From the NCBI RefSeq assembly GCF_009914755.1, contig NC_060935.1: DNA of 64,000 nt; one strand, given 5' to 3'. The notes under the pieces are model-generated. The model was given only the letters and a program-made list of their open reading frames with translations. It was not told the origin of the DNA and did no database searches. A program made the translations under genes and the position numbers. The stretch is from the human T2T-CHM13v2.0 reference genome, Homo sapiens. Positions within the stretch are counted from its first letter, which is position 1, and each line of letters starts with the position of its first letter. Positions 29,357 to 44,350 of the stretch are shown in pieces.

Positions 29357-30702
29357 CTGGAAAGGAGCAACTGTGCTACTGAAACACAGCTTTTATTCTA
29401 AGCGCACAGAGATCCATAGCAGTGTTTCTGCAGGGATAGATGAAGGCCAATTATTCTGGTGACTTGGAGAGTCCCAAGGTTCATCCTTAGCAGAAGAGGT
29501 TTTAGCAGATAAAGATTTACAAACTAAAAACATTGTCATAATCCTAGATAATAACAAACACAGGAAGTTAATATTTCCTTCACATCTCAAATAAGTAAGA
29601 GCTTTCACTCCTAATAAGGAACGTACCTGCCCATGGTGTTATTCAGAAGGCCCCCCATTCCTTTGAAATGCACATCTTTTCAAAGTTCAGACAAGGGAAG
29701 CTGAGATTGTTTTTAATTCTTCCCTAAGTAGTGGAACTTTGCAACTCACGCCCTTCTCCACTTAGCTCATTGCCATATGTGCCCTTGGTAATTAAATCAT
29801 TTCACAATTTGACTTTTCCTTGAATGTAAAATTAGAAAACCACAATTTTAACAAAGTTATCCTCACCTTCTAAATCAGAAAGATGTGATCAAGTGAATTA
29901 TTGTAGATTGGAAATGTTAGGGCCAGTCCTCCCTGTAGAGGGAGCTGAATGTGGACATAATCGGAGCTCCTTGTGACCTGCTTTCAGAGGTGTAGAAAGT
30001 ACACAGCTGCGTGCCGTACTGCATAGGTCTCAGGTGATGCTTGTGAGCAGGAGCACTGTGGGGGACAGACGGGATCTGAGCCAGCCAAGTGACAGCACCG
30101 GAAGAACTCTCCAGGTCTATTATCACCTGGACTATTTAACTCTGTGTGCTTAAAATAAGCAGGTCCACAAAGATATCAGACCCAGAAGTCAGGGAGGGGT
30201 ATGAAGCAAAAGAGAGGGAGATTCTTCTGCTTCTAGGCAGGTTAGTCCAGTAACTGAATAAAATATTCTTAAGCTCTTATGTGTCAGGTATTATATTAGG
30301 CAACAGGAGGAAAACGACAAATATGACAAGAGTTTCTACTCTCAAGCATCTTATGTTGAGTCCACCTATGGACTACATAGATGAGAAACCAAAAAATTAC
30401 ATAGCTGTTTAAAAGGCAAAATACAGGACTCCAGGAGATCAACTGAGACTCTTAATTGAGGCTTTGGTTCATGAGAGAAGCTTTCCTAAAGATAATGGCA
30501 TCTAAGACAAGACTTAAGTCATGAGGTACAGTTAGTCAGAAAAAGTTGGAAAGAGGGTCCCAAGCAAGTCAAAGACAAAGAGGGAAAGAGACTTACTGCA
30601 AATAGACCAAGGTGGCTACAGCCCAGAGTGGATGTGAAGGTCAAGCCTGGGTTTTCCAGTTTCTTGCATGTGTTGCTTTTCTCTTTAAAGAAAGCTAGGA
30701 AG

Positions 30703-30987
<285 letters not shown>

Positions 30988-31739
30988 GCTAGGAAGGCCT
31001 GCGGTATGCATAAATCAGAATGCTTTGAACAGGTCAGGCTGACACACAGAAAGGTAGCATACTTGTTCTAAGACAAACTCTTTAAAAGAAAGTGAGCCTC
31101 ACAAGTCAAGGAGACCAAAAAAAGTCAACTCTGAAGACCAGGATAGTGAATGGGAAATGGAGGAAAAATCAGTAACCTAAAGGATAGAGGGTGAGAGTGG
31201 GAATAGGTGAGGAACAACAGCAAAGGGTTTGGTGAGATTCCTGCAATCATTGCCTTCATATGTTCAGCTTATGGGATGACAGTTTTAGACCCTGTATGTG
31301 TGCCAAGCTGCCTAATGATTGAGAGCGATGTTTTGGGGCTTTTTATTTTTCATGGAGACAGTATTTTGTGAAAAGGCTTTTGTTTTGTGCATGTAAGAGA
31401 AGACATCTATTTCCTTGGAAGGAGAAATGTTTTTAAAGGATCCACTGCATGTCTTTATATGCTTTTTTATTTTAACCTTTAAATAAAATGCCAAGATAAA
31501 TGGGAAGAAATCTGCATGTATAGGTTATCCTTAAATCACTTTTTGCACGCACAGAGGAATTTATTATTTCTTTTATAAAATGGTTCCAACCACCACACTG
31601 TTTTACATGCTGGAGATAGGTGAAACTTATACCTTAGTGTATAAGAAAGATGTGTACAAAATTAATAATTTTGTTTACATATTTATATATTAAACTGTTA
31701 TAAAAAATGACATAGGACAATGGGATGGATGCTGAGGGG

Positions 31740-32340
31740 TAGCTATGAGTAAGGTGATGCAGCCAGCCACTTACGGATCTAGAGGAAGTGTTCCAGGCAC
31801 TGAGAATGGTGAATGCAAGTGGCCTAGGCAGGGAACAAGTTTGAGAAGTATCAGGGCTTTGCTTTTCAAAAGGCCAGGAGAATTGTAGAAGAGGCAGAGG
31901 GGAGAGAGATCATGGAGAATCTCATAGGCCATGGGGTTTTATTCTAGGAGTAGTGGAAAATTACTGAAAGCTTTTAAGCAAGGTTTGCTATGATATGATT
32001 TGTGCTTGTATGTGTTGCAAAATAAGCTTATGCAGGAAAAGTGGAAGCTGGAAACAAGCTAGCTATCCATTACAGTTGTTGGGTTGAGAGATGATGATGG
32101 TCTTAACGAGTTGCAGTCTTACAGTAGAGTTGGTAAATCCTGACTTCACTCTTTATAAGATGCCAGAGGCTGGGGAAATTACCTACTTTCTTTAAGTCTC
32201 TAATTCTTCCCCTATAGCATAACATACAATACTGTGCCCCTCCCCTGCCCCCCCGCCGTAGAGATGTGGTGACTGTTAAATAAATAAGGTATGTTAAAGT
32301 TCTAGAACAGTGTCTGGCAAACAGCAGACTTTAATCTGCA
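31740..32340. mobile_element. L2 (minus) followed by MIR (plus) fragments
   Basis: GTTCCAGGCAC..AGAAT..GAATGCAAGTGGCCT...GCTTTTAAGCA; GTTCTAGAACAGTGTCTGGCAAACAG. Confidence 0.55.
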
Positions 32341-32685
32341 TTCATTCCTCCCCCAAGCAGGCATTCTCATTTACCTTCTCACAGAATTTGCAGGTTTGTC
32401 ATGGAGAAAATGCCTCCTGATGTGGAGTTGTAGTCAAGAGGACACTAAGAAGAGCCTTGATAACTGTGGACCTTCTCCCCAAGATTTCCAGACACTTGGC
32501 TCCTCTAGCCGTTTACTAAGAACATTTTCATGAATAAATGAAATAAGAAGCTATGATTCAAGAAGAAATCAGAAGTTCTGAGAGTATAATTGGAGTTCAT
32601 TCAAATACCTAATTTAAAAAGTGGAAACACTGTGGCCTAGAGTAGTTTTGATAGCATACCAGGAAACAAGCAACTAGTTAATCCT

Positions 32686-32986
32686 GTCCGGGCACAGTGG
32701 CTCACGCCTGTAATGCCAGCACTTTGAGAGGCCGAGGTGGGTGGATCACATAAGGTCAGGAGTTCAAGACCAGCCTAGCCACATGGTGAAAGCCCATCTC
32801 TACTAAAAATACAAAAATTAGCCTGGCATGGTGGTAGGCACCTGTAATCCCAGATAATCGGGAGGCTGAGGTCGGATAATTGCTTGAACCTGGGAGGTGG
32901 AGGTTGCATGAGCTGAGATCGTGCCACTGCACTCCAGCCTGGGTGATACAGTGCAAATCAGTCTCAATAAATAAATAAATAAATAA
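32686..32986 (+). mobile_element. AluSx-like with (AAAT)n tail
   Basis: Full-length Alu sequence. Confidence 0.95.
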
Positions 32987-35404
32987 GTTGGTCCAGATCC
33001 TACACACACAAAAAATACACTGTTAGAGACTAGTACAACTCAGTAAATTTTTATTAAGGTGCTACATATGCTTAGTAGTGCGCTAAATAGTAATTCAAAA
33101 GATCAGAGAATGGATTTCAGGGCTTCCTCCTATTTCCCTCCAGCCAAATGCCAAGCTGTTCACTTACTCTTAAAGTATTCCTTCATAGACACTAAATCTG
33201 TAATGGCATTTCCAGACCACAAATACTTCTCCACTGATTGCCACTCACCAGCCCTAGACAACCACCTGGTCATCACTGTGGGTGCTGTCACATGCTCCAC
33301 TCTGTTCCATCTGGTCTCAACTAGAATAAGCACTGCAAAAACACCAAATGATGGGCAGTATCTAACATAATTTCTAGAGTGTCTTCTTAAAATAAAGATA
33401 TTTGGACTAACAGTGAGGTTTTTAAGCATTTTAATTTTAGCATTTTGTTCAAGATTGGTTTGGGAGGAATGTGATCTCCGGGGGACATCCTTGCCTTGAC
33501 CCAGAATCAACTTGGCATTTGACCTAAAATGAACTCAGCCTCCCACCAGGGTAGTTACTCCTGTGGACACATTTTCATCAAACAACTTATTTGTTTGAAA
33601 ATTCCTGTGATTTGGAAGTTAACATCCTGCTTGTCCAGGAGGACCTTGATTTAGTGGTAAGGGGGATTGGCTGCCCACCCATTCTCACTCCAGTAGCATA
33701 TGTTGGAGGGACCATTGCTGCTGGGAGTGAGTATAACATGGCAACTGGTTGAGATTTTCTCCATACTCTACATCTCAGAAAATCTCAAACAAACAGTGCC
33801 CATTAGAAACAAGTTATTGAGCACACATATGTAGGCTGGACATTAGACTTTATTCAGAAACCAATCAGTAAGTGTCAAAGTAGTGTTTACTTGTAACAAC
33901 TTGGTGGCATAAGCATTCACTATGCATCATGCTTTTAAAGCCTCCCAGCTGAGATGGATGGGATGGTTAGAGTGGCTGGGGTCTTGCTTCTTTCCTTATA
34001 GTTTCATCATCGAGTAGGGAAGCCAGGAATTATTCACCCAGCATCCATGATTTTTTCCCTTAACACAGATGCTCTACACCAGGGAGAAGCATTTTCTTTT
34101 TGTGAATAATGTACATATATATGCAAGCTGTTTTGGGTTTTTTTTCCATAGGTTAGTAGATTATTTCTATGAATATGGAAACACAACTCCAGCACAGCTG
34201 GCAAGTCTTGCCAGTGTCATACCTTTGCAACTCATCAGACTGTGAGGTTGAAGGAAACATGCTTTTGAACCACGGTATTGAATCTATTTCTCCAATAACA
34301 TTCGCTGGATGATAGTAAACCTATTAATGAGAAAATGGATCCAGAAATGAAATTCTGCACACCTCCCTCCCAAAAAAAACTCTCTTGGAAGGATTCTGTG
34401 TTTCCCTTAGTGAACCTTGTCAAAGAAAAACTCTTGGCTGTATTCTTTGTAAACTGGTCCAACAAACAGGAAGAGAAATAAAAAGTACAATGTCAGCACT
34501 TTCAGCTTTACGCATTATGTCTTGATTTCCTTGGTACTCCTAGGACAAAAGAACCAGTTTCCTAACTTGTTGAAATTCTTCTACTTTATTATTCCCAGTG
34601 TTGGCCAGCATTTCTGGCATTTCATTGCCTTCAGACTGTTGAAGCTAAACAGTAACCTCTTCAGAAAATGAGGTCCTTTTGCTTGAAGATCTCTTTTGGT
34701 GCTTCAGGATATTTTTGCAAGTCACTTCCTGGCTATTTTTAAATCTATGGTTTCCAAACTCAACCTCCCCAGAGAAGCACACAATGTCTTTGGCATGCAT
34801 CCTCATCAAGGTATTAGTAAATACAAAACGATGTTAGGTGTAGATAAAGTAGGAATTTGCATACTTGGAGTGATTTAAGGGCATCATCACCTATCAGTAT
34901 CTTTATATAATTTTTGTCTTGGTGACTGATATTTCCACCATTCGAGAAGTATTATTTCTGTTGGAGTAGTCTACCTTTTTGTATGGATTAGTTCATCATA
35001 TATTAAATAATCCAACCAGTCTTGATAAAATGGAATACAAAAAAAAACAAGGTGGAAAGTGTGAAGAGTTTAAAATTAAAAATGGTATAACTAGGCTCTC
35101 TATTCAGTAGTGTCACCAACTGGCTGGGTGACTTTTTATGAGTAAGTGCTGAACCCTCTGGCCATCTACAAAATCAAGGCTGTCAACAAGGAGAGTGTTA
35201 AGGTTCTCATTGGTGTGATGAGAATGTGCATGAGATGAGCCAGAAGCAGGGCTCACTGACAGGACATGGCCTGTTAGCAGTTTTGATGGGTGTTTTGGAA
35301 CTCAGGGTCCACAACTGATTACTGCACCCTGAAGAAAGAGGCTCTAATGAAGAGAAAAGTAGCAGTGAAGGAAAGACATGAAAGGTAATGGGAAATTTTG
35401 TGTT

Positions 35405-35780
35405 GTCCAATTCAGCAACTGTTTATTGAGCATCTACTGTGTGTGAAACACTGTGCTAAGTAATAGGGATACAAAGATGAACCTGAGAGAGTCCCTGCAT
35501 CAAAGAGATCAAAGAGAACCTTACAAAAATGCATAGTAACAAAATATTATTGCCGCACATGAAGCCAGTTCTATGTTCCCCATGCTGTACGAGCCTGGAG
35601 GAGGAATCCCAGAAGATGCCTGCAGAAGAAGACAACTGGACTAAGGCTAGCAGATGAAGTGGAAGTTATCAAGAACAACAGGGAGTGAAAGAATATACCA
35701 GAAGAGCATTCTGTGGAGAGGAAAGAGCCAAAGCCAAGTTATGAAGATGGGAAAAGCACACTGTATGTGAGAAGCAGCCT
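35405..35780 (-). mobile_element. L2 3' end
   Basis: ATTCAGCAACTGTTTATTGAGCATCTACTGTGTG...GGGATACAAAGATGAA. Confidence 0.7.
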
Positions 35781-36635
35781 TCTGACAATAAACTTTTGGT
35801 TTAGCAGATTAGCTCCTGGGCACAAGACACCATGGTTTTGAGGGTAGGAAGGAGAAGAAAAAAATATTCTTTTAAAAAATTTTCTCAGTTCTTGTGGGTG
35901 TCATCATGTATGTGTCTGCTATTTTACTTCCCAGGCCTCAAAGTCATTAACTCCTAATTTCCAGTATATAGATGGAAGAGTTAGTCACATATTAAAGTCT
36001 TCAAATCCTTTTATCCAATTTATAGATGGTATTGTTCATCTGAAGAATTAGGACATACTTTTAAATCCTTGGTTTGCCTCTGAATTCCTATACAGTGAAG
36101 CCAGAGACAAGATTTATCTGAGATAGAAACCAGGGATCATTTCCCTGGTTTCAATACTCTACTTGTCACTACACAAATATCAGTTTAATTCACACTTAAA
36201 TATTTAATAGCCTCTAATCATATTAAAAGCATTTAAATTTGTAGCTGAACTTTCATTTCACCTCTACTGCACAGAGAAATTAAAAAGTCAGTTTCCAGAT
36301 GGCTGCATCATTCAGTGTGTGCTCTCAGAGGTGGCCTGGTTCATCTGGAATTCAGAGTCTGTTGAATGTGCTGGGAGATATCAGATTTCAATGCCCCAGG
36401 TATTCCTGAATCCCATAGCTCAGCCGTGCAGGGATTAGCTAGCCAATCTGTTTCTATTTCAGAAATTCACTGTGTGCCCAGCACTGTACTAGACACAAGT
36501 GAGACCAAATAATAATATTATCTCTAGTACATAATATTTTTCTTGTTACAGGGGAGGTAAGCCAGCCTTGTTCACATTAATTAGTCAAAAATTGGGAAAA
36601 ATAGTTTTGGTGAACTGCTGTGTAATATCACTTAG

Positions 36636-36948
<313 letters not shown>

Positions 36949-37244
36949 TATCACTTAGTTTTTTAAAGTGAGTATCTTTCACTGGCTGGTAAGAAGCCCA
37001 TGACAAACAGAAAAATGAAATAGGTCAGCTATAAACTGTTTTGCACACTGAATCTGAGCCAAGTGGAGTCTGCAGGTATCAGGAAGTAATGAGTTTTCCT
37101 GGTTGAGAAGGAGGTCAGCCTTTAGATGTTGGTGGAAGGGATGGACTACAAAAGGCACCTTTGGCATCCCCTGACACCACTATCTCTTAAGTTCCGTTAA
37201 AGATGTCTGCTATTAAAAATTTCCAAAATGAATTATTTGGGACC

Positions 37245-37680
37245 ATTCACTGAATCATATATTTAATAAATATTTTTTAGTACACTCTTAAAAATGCCAC
37301 AGGCTGAAAATGCCAACATGATAGACATAATATTTAGCATCAAGAATCTTACATTCTAGTAGGCGTGGAAGACAAATACACAGTAAGCCCAGTACAGTGT
37401 GAAAAGCACTACAATAAACACACAGTACCCGGTGTGATAACGCAGAGGGGAATGTCTCCTAAACCTGCCTAGTCAGTCACAGATGCTGATCACCTTACAG
37501 GTGATATGATGCTTAATCTGCGAATAATTAAGCAGAGAAAGGTTTTCTAGGCTGAGAAGTGAGTGGGTCGAGACGTACTCTGGAAGTTTTAGTTTAGAAT
37601 GGCTGAGATGTAGGTATTTGGGGGCGTAGCAAAGATGAGGATGGAAACCAAGTAGGAAGGGGCCATGTCATGATGACAGA
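37245..37680 (-). mobile_element. L2 3' portion
   Basis: ATTTAATAAATATTT...CAAGAATCTTACATTCTAG...AAGGTTTTCTAGGC. Confidence 0.5.
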
Positions 37681-40532
37681 ACTAAAACCCTTTTGAGAAG
37701 CAAATTTTGGGAGAAGAAATAAACATGAATCAATTACCTTCCACTTATACTTTGCACCAAATCAGCAAATATATTGACTTCTGTTAAATGAATGACACAC
37801 AGGATAGTTATGTTTCTGTGTAGCCTTCAAGAAACTACAAGACGTTGGTTACAAGGATTTGGTAAGGCTTGCATACTCAGGGTGCCAACTGAAGACACTG
37901 GGCCCCTTTGGTCTAAGATGAAATGCGTTTCAATAATAATACTTCCTTTATTATTGAAAGCATTTATTTATTGTGCAAGCATTTTAGAAAATGACACTAA
38001 TTCCCCTGATAGGAAAGTTTCTATTGGTAAATCACTCCTCCACTTATTCATTAATTTAACATAAATTCTTTTAATGTCCAGTCTATCCTGGGCTCCAAGA
38101 TGTAAGATGTAGGGCTTTGGGAACCTTATCCCAAATCACTGAAAACATATGGCAGAGCTCCTGACTGGGCTCCCTGCTCTGTCATCTCACTTTCTCCCTC
38201 TTCAGCATTTTATCCAGGTCCCAACTCCCTAGTTACTGCTGGCAACTCTAAGGAACTTTGCCCTTCTCTATGCCCTGGGTTATACAGAACAAAAATTAAA
38301 AGGTAAATAATATATAGCTTTTTCATTCAAGAAGTTCATTTCCTAGGAAAAAGAATAAATGTACAAAATGAAATCCTGCTACAAAATGATTAGAGCTATA
38401 AAAATGTACAGGATGAATTAGAAGGCAGGTAGAGACAATGGAGGCAGTGAGACTGGCCAGCAGGCTGCTGAACTAGTCAGGAGGGAAGGGGGGAGGGAAG
38501 AGGTGAAGGTGGATAGAACAGGGAAGACTTCAGATTTTGGAGTTGTCCTGCTATGTAGATTGTGGCCATGACTCAATGCTTATTAATGCATGGATCACAT
38601 TTGCCTTCTGGTGACTTCTTTGGCCCAATGCCAGAATGTTAAATCACAAGGGGTAGAAATCAGCAGCAGAGTTTTCAGTGTTTTCCTCCAAATATTGTCG
38701 AGCCAGGAGGTCTCGGTTTACAGAGGAACTGGGGAAGTTACTAGGACTCACTGATGGAAAACACAAAGATCAGATCGGGAGTCAACTGTAGTTCCAGTTT
38801 GATAAACTGAACATCTCACAGCCACACAGTTGTGATTTTTTTTTTATTATTTTTTTTTTGTATAGTGCAATTTTGAGCAACTCTGTTACTCAGTTGATGG
38901 GAGGAGGAAGACTCATTACCCTGGGGAATTTACTCTTTCTTATTTTACCTTCTCAAAATCAAAATTATAAAGTGGGAATTAATGCAACACAACGCAACAC
39001 ACCATATGCAACACAATGGAACCAGGCCTCCGCCATTTGCTAAACGTTCTCTGCCACATAACACCTAAGTCACAGCTTGCCAGTGCTGGATGGTGTAGTT
39101 TTTTGTTCCATCTTAGTTGTGCAGCATTTTTTTTTCTTTTCTGGTATTTAACAGTTCCACTAAAGTACTACCTGAGTGGGAAGAGAAATCTTTGAATTTC
39201 ACCAGCTTGTAACTCATACACCTATATTCATTTTAGTCCTGGCAAGAGCAATTGGTTAATCCTTAGCACAGGCTGTAACAGGAAGGTGATCTATTTGTTC
39301 ATCAAGTGCACTATTGTTTTCATCAATGGATTGTCATTTTTAAAATTAAACCCTTAACAGTATAATATCGTACCCTTTCTTCTCTGCTAGTTTTCTCTTC
39401 TCGGTTTTTCACATATTTTAATATAACAGAATCGGAAATATGCTGAAATATACGTGATTGTGCTTTCAATGCTACTGCATAGGAGTATTTCTGAGCTTGT
39501 CATAAAATGTCGTAAATGACACAGGCACTACCAAGAAGCATTTAAATTCATTTACATATAATGAAAAGTTATTTTTCATAAATCATGCTTTCCCAAGTAA
39601 ATTTCCTGATGAATCATCAAGCTTTTGTATCATAATTCAAGTACTGACCCTCTGCTATGAGGGCAGCTTGCAGCAAAATTGTATTGGGATTAAAAATTTC
39701 GTTTTTCTACCATCTTTTGATAGAGCTTTTATTGATAATCTTACTGTTATTAAAATGAATAGCTAGTATAATTATTATGTATTTCTAAATTCCTTAGAGT
39801 CAATAAAAATTACCTCTTTTTTTTGCACTATGACAATGTCAAGTATTCCTGGGTTTTTATACAATTTCATAAAATCTCTTCATTATGTATTGTTTTGCAG
39901 TATATGAAAATTGTTATTAGTCAGCTGCCAATTGCTTCCATCTAAAAATAAATAAAACAAAAAATTGAGGAGAATCACGCAACAATGGCATATAGAATTT
40001 AGCAATGGGAAGAATATGGGTGCCTGTTACTCAGCAAAAAACAGGCTGGAGGGTTGAAGCAGATAATATGGAAAATAAGTAAACAACCTGATTAGATTCC
40101 TCTCACATTTTTATGATAGCTTTGCTTTTAGTAAGATAATTTTTCTGTTTGTGTTTTCTTGATGTATTTTTGTTGGGGAAGAAATTGCTAGCATCTTTAT
40201 TCATGTTGGAATATCCTGGAGTGAAATTCAATGTCACTAGTTTGGTTTTTCATATTTTGACTAGATGTCAGTTCACTAGTTGGAAGGTTCTGTGTCTGCC
40301 GTATTTGATCACTTGACATTTCTGAAGGCTTTGCTTATGTAGTGTAGGAGTCATGAATTGAAAATTGGAATACCATGCATGAAAACCGCCTTAGTAAACA
40401 TTTACAGTTTATCTTGTTCCAGCACTTTAAGAAAAATAAATAACTTTATATGGTCTATGAAAAAACAATTTAAAACCTTTGAGTATTTAAAGTACATTTA
40501 TTTATTGCCTACTTAATCATGGTATTCTTTCG

Positions 40533-40945
40533 TGTCTTAGGCTGGGTTCCCTGGAAATAGACTTGAGATGCCGATGCATATGCAAGTAATATATTGGTAT
40601 TTGTGCTAAGAGCAAAAATTATGAGGGATTGAGGGAAGCTGGAGTGGGTATAAGAAGTTGAATTCTGGTGCAATGACAAAACAGAGGCTGTTTGCACAAG
40701 GAGCTCTGAAGCTGGCATAGATCTTCAGAGTTTCCCAAACTGGGCTGTGGTTCTTCCACTTCAACCAGTCATTGAATGTAGGCTGCTACGGTGGATGGGA
40801 TGTCATCATGAGCAACATAGCTCCCTTTGGTTGATGGCAATTCCTAGGGAGAAACAAAAGTGTGAACTGCCAGGAGCCAATACTCCTGGCAGCTGGGGGA
40901 ATATGTACCTTTGTCCTGAAGGGAATATCTGGGCAGCACACCACA
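40533..40945 (-). mobile_element. ERVL solo LTR (LTR16 family)
   Basis: TGTCTTAGGCTGGGTTCCCTGGAAATAGAC...GGAGCTCTGAAGCTGG...CAACCAGTCATTG...GCAGCACACCACA. Confidence 0.65.
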
Positions 40946-42194
40946 ATATGGAGAACACCCACTGAAAACCCTGGACATGGTATTACTGCTTTTGGAGAAT
41001 TTCTATTAAAGCTTATAGACATTTGACCTGAAACCATTTAAGTAAGAAATGGTATAGCATTGCATATTTCAAAATTCATGGTTTAAAAAAATACAGTCTG
41101 TTAAAAACTCCACTGAATTGATGTGGCTTGAAGTTCTGGGTCTTGCTTTCTTCTTGACTCACCTCAGTGTATTAGTCATGGCTGCCTCTACCTTGAAAAA
41201 TGCTTGAGGCACTGAAAAAGTTAGGATATGTTTACTTCTGAACAAAATGGAGGCTAACATTATTTTCTGAAAAAATGCTATGGTATAGATATTATTGGTA
41301 TAAAATAATTTAATAATAATCCTGGTAAAAATCTAAGAGTGAGTTTGAGAAATCAGTTTTTAACTCACAAATTTTATTTGTCCAGAGCAACAGGTATATT
41401 TCTGGTCGTTTAACCAACATTTATTAAATATCTACCATATGTCAGAAACTATGGAGGAATCACAAATGATTTCTTATTCTTGAAGAGTTTATAAACTATT
41501 TGTGAGAATGACAGATTTATGTCATCAATATTGGTTACCCACAGAAAGATGGGATTCTGCCATATTTAGATACAATCACTATGATAGTTCAGAGAGGGGA
41601 TAGATAAGACAGTTTATTTTGAATCAGTAAGAAAATATTTGTGGAAAATATGGCCTTCGATAGATGGAGGAGAACTGGATATTTGGAGTCTGGAAAAGAT
41701 CAGTATTTCTAGATTTAGGAGAGAATTTGAAAACATAAAGATAGAGGTATGAGATTTCCAGATCAGCTGGAGCTAAGGATAATTAAGTAAGTAAGTGTTA
41801 GACATGGCAAAGAATGCCAGCTAACTGAGGATCTTGAATGCTGGGCTAAGGATTCAAAGTTTTTAATAGACAAGTGGAAATTATTGAGGAGTTTTGACTC
41901 TAAGACTGAATAGATTTCTCTTGAATTAACTCTAAATAGTTTTGTTTCTCTATTTCTATTTTCTGAAACACAGAGCTCTTAATTTCAAACCATTCAACTA
42001 GCATTTGTTGTTCACTTATTATATCCTTAGTTTCTCAAAATCAGTTTCTAGTATACTCTATGCGACTATTTAAAAAAATAAAAGAAACACATTTCCAATT
42101 TAAATGCCTTCTGAACAATTTTATTAAAAAAATGCTGCTGGCACTTGAAGCTCAATATGTCCTAAACTACTCATAATTTACATCACACTAGCAA

Positions 42195-42229
42195 ACACAC
42201 ACACACACACACAAACAAACACACACCAC
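42195..42229. repeat. (CA)n microsatellite, interrupted
   Basis: AC run with CAAA interruptions. Confidence 0.85.
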
Positions 42230-44147
42230 AAGCCTCCCATCCTGCTGGCTCTCATCACAATTAATTATATAATGAGGAAAAATGTGGTGTTAAGTAAGTC
42301 TACCAGTAAACATTTCCACAGTCTAGACAGATTTTTTTAGTGTGTGTAGATGGTGTGGGAGTGGGAAGTTCGATTGTCTGCTTTTTCTTCATTCTGAGAA
42401 AACATTAAAATAGGCTTTTTAGTTTGGCCAACACAAGTCAAAGAAGATCAAAATTATTCTGCACAATAAAGTAAGAGGTTGTCTTCTTTAGATGAAATAT
42501 TATTATTTCAAATATTTCAAAATATGATTTTAACAATTTTTTTTTCTGCAGGAGACAGGTTCTTTGAGAATTTGATACAGTGAGCACATTGTATAGGTGA
42601 TTAATAAATATTTGTGGAATGAATGAATGAACATGCCATTAGGGTTGTATAATTAGTTGTCAGCATTTTGTAGTTGCGGAAAGTGTGACATAGAAAGATT
42701 AAATAACTTTCCCAAGAGCATTCCGTTAGGAAGTGTCAGGTCCATGCTCTTGACATATTGCAATATTGCTTCTGGTAACATGGCAGGAAGGGATCAACAG
42801 AGCTGCTATAAGCAGGAGTCCTAATCTGAACGTGAGAGGCAAAAGGGTATTGGATTTTCTGCAGTTAGACTCCATGGGAGCTTGAGATATTTTAATTGAC
42901 TATTAACTGAACGGATGATGCTAGAAGAATGGAACACTTGATCACCCAAGGCAAGAATCTTCATGTCAGACTTGACATTTTGTTCACCTCTCATATTCAG
43001 TCATTTGTCAGGCTGATCCATTCTTTACTGGTCTTTTCAAATCTATCTTCTTCCTTCTAGTTTCATAATCATTGCTATAAAGTTAATGCACTGAGATGAT
43101 TTTAACGGCATTCTAAATTATCTATCTCCAGATTCATCTAAATCCTAAACACTTCTCTCAGAATAATCTCTCATTTGTAGAATCCTCTAGTTTTTTCCAG
43201 ACACACATTCTTACTCTTGTATTTTTCCCCCATTTACTAGGTTTTAAAAAGATGTTTCTTTTCAAAATTTAAATTACACTTTCCTTTTCTTGCTCCTTAA
43301 AAGAGGAAGAAGCTTTTATTTCTAAGCAATTTTTCTATCTCTGTCTTTATCATCAATATTGCCATCTATTTTAAACTTCAGGTAAATGAAAATCCTTAAA
43401 TTAAGACATGTTTCTGCGAAATCACGTATCTATAATTTCTCATTTCTATATATTTTGTGTCTTTTACTCTCCCTCTAGGTTTTATCGTATTAGATTTAGT
43501 CGATTATTTAAGGTGGCTAACATGTTTGATAATCTTAATTCTGTTATGCAACATTGTTACTATCCCAGTCAACTCTGAGTTATTTGATGAGCATTCTGCT
43601 TATATATCCATTCAAATTATCTAAAAATATCAACCCAAGATTCTGGGAAGATAGACTAGGAACTGGAGATATAGCCAATATATGTACAGCACAAAAGTGA
43701 GGCTGGTTAGAAAAGGCCATGGGGCCAATTCTTTTCTTCTCCCTTCTCTCACCATTTGCCATTTCCACCATAAACAGTCTCTGCTCCTCTTTTCTCATCT
43801 CATCTGTAGGTGGAGATTATCGTAGTACTCACTTTATAGGTATTATAAAATTTAAATGAGATAATGCAGGCGAATAATGCATGTTAACTATTATTATAAT
43901 TAAGCTTACTACAAATTAGCAAAAACAACAGTCTGGCATGCATGAAAATCCTGATTATGGCAGGAGGGATTTATGCCAAACAGCTCATGAGAGTTCAGTT
44001 TTGTTTTATTATAATATGATTTTTATACCACCTACACATCCAACAGAAATTATTTCCTCTCTAGTTTGCAAAAGATGCAAAGTCAAAGATCACAAAAAAG
44101 AAAGTGGCCAAAAGCTATTTGCAAAGCTCTGTTACCTGAATTTACAG

Positions 44148-44149
<2 letters not shown>

Positions 44150-44181
<32 letters not shown>
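44150..44181. repeat. T32 homopolymer
   Basis: 32 consecutive T. Confidence 0.95.
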
Positions 44182-44184
<3 letters not shown>

Positions 44185-44277
44185 GAATCTAGCTAGTTTG
44201 GCAAATCATCTATACAACATTTGTTTGAGGTCACTGTTATGTTTTCATTTCAGCATTAGCCTACTTCATGGACTATT

Positions 44278-44350
44278 TATGTCATTATTGTAGTTTGGAA
44301 TTTTGATTAAAGATATGTCATTATTGTAGTTTGGAATTTTGATTAAAGAT
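44278..44350. repeat. Perfect 36-bp tandem duplication
   Basis: TATGTCATTATTGTAGTTTGGAATTTTGATTAAAGA at 44278-44313 and 44314-44349. Confidence 0.95.

Noticed and set aside
34199-34215. CTGGCAAG-T-CTTGCCAG palindrome as an NFI site
   Set aside because: Spacing is TGGC-N7-GCCA rather than N5, and 8-bp arms are expected by chance in 64 kb.
34235-34465. 76-aa minus-strand ORF in unique sequence
   Set aside because: Non-ATG start, no recognisable domain and no convincing splice boundaries.
44150-44181. T32 as a poly(A)-only retro-insertion
   Set aside because: No target-site duplication found; simple homopolymer expansion is sufficient.
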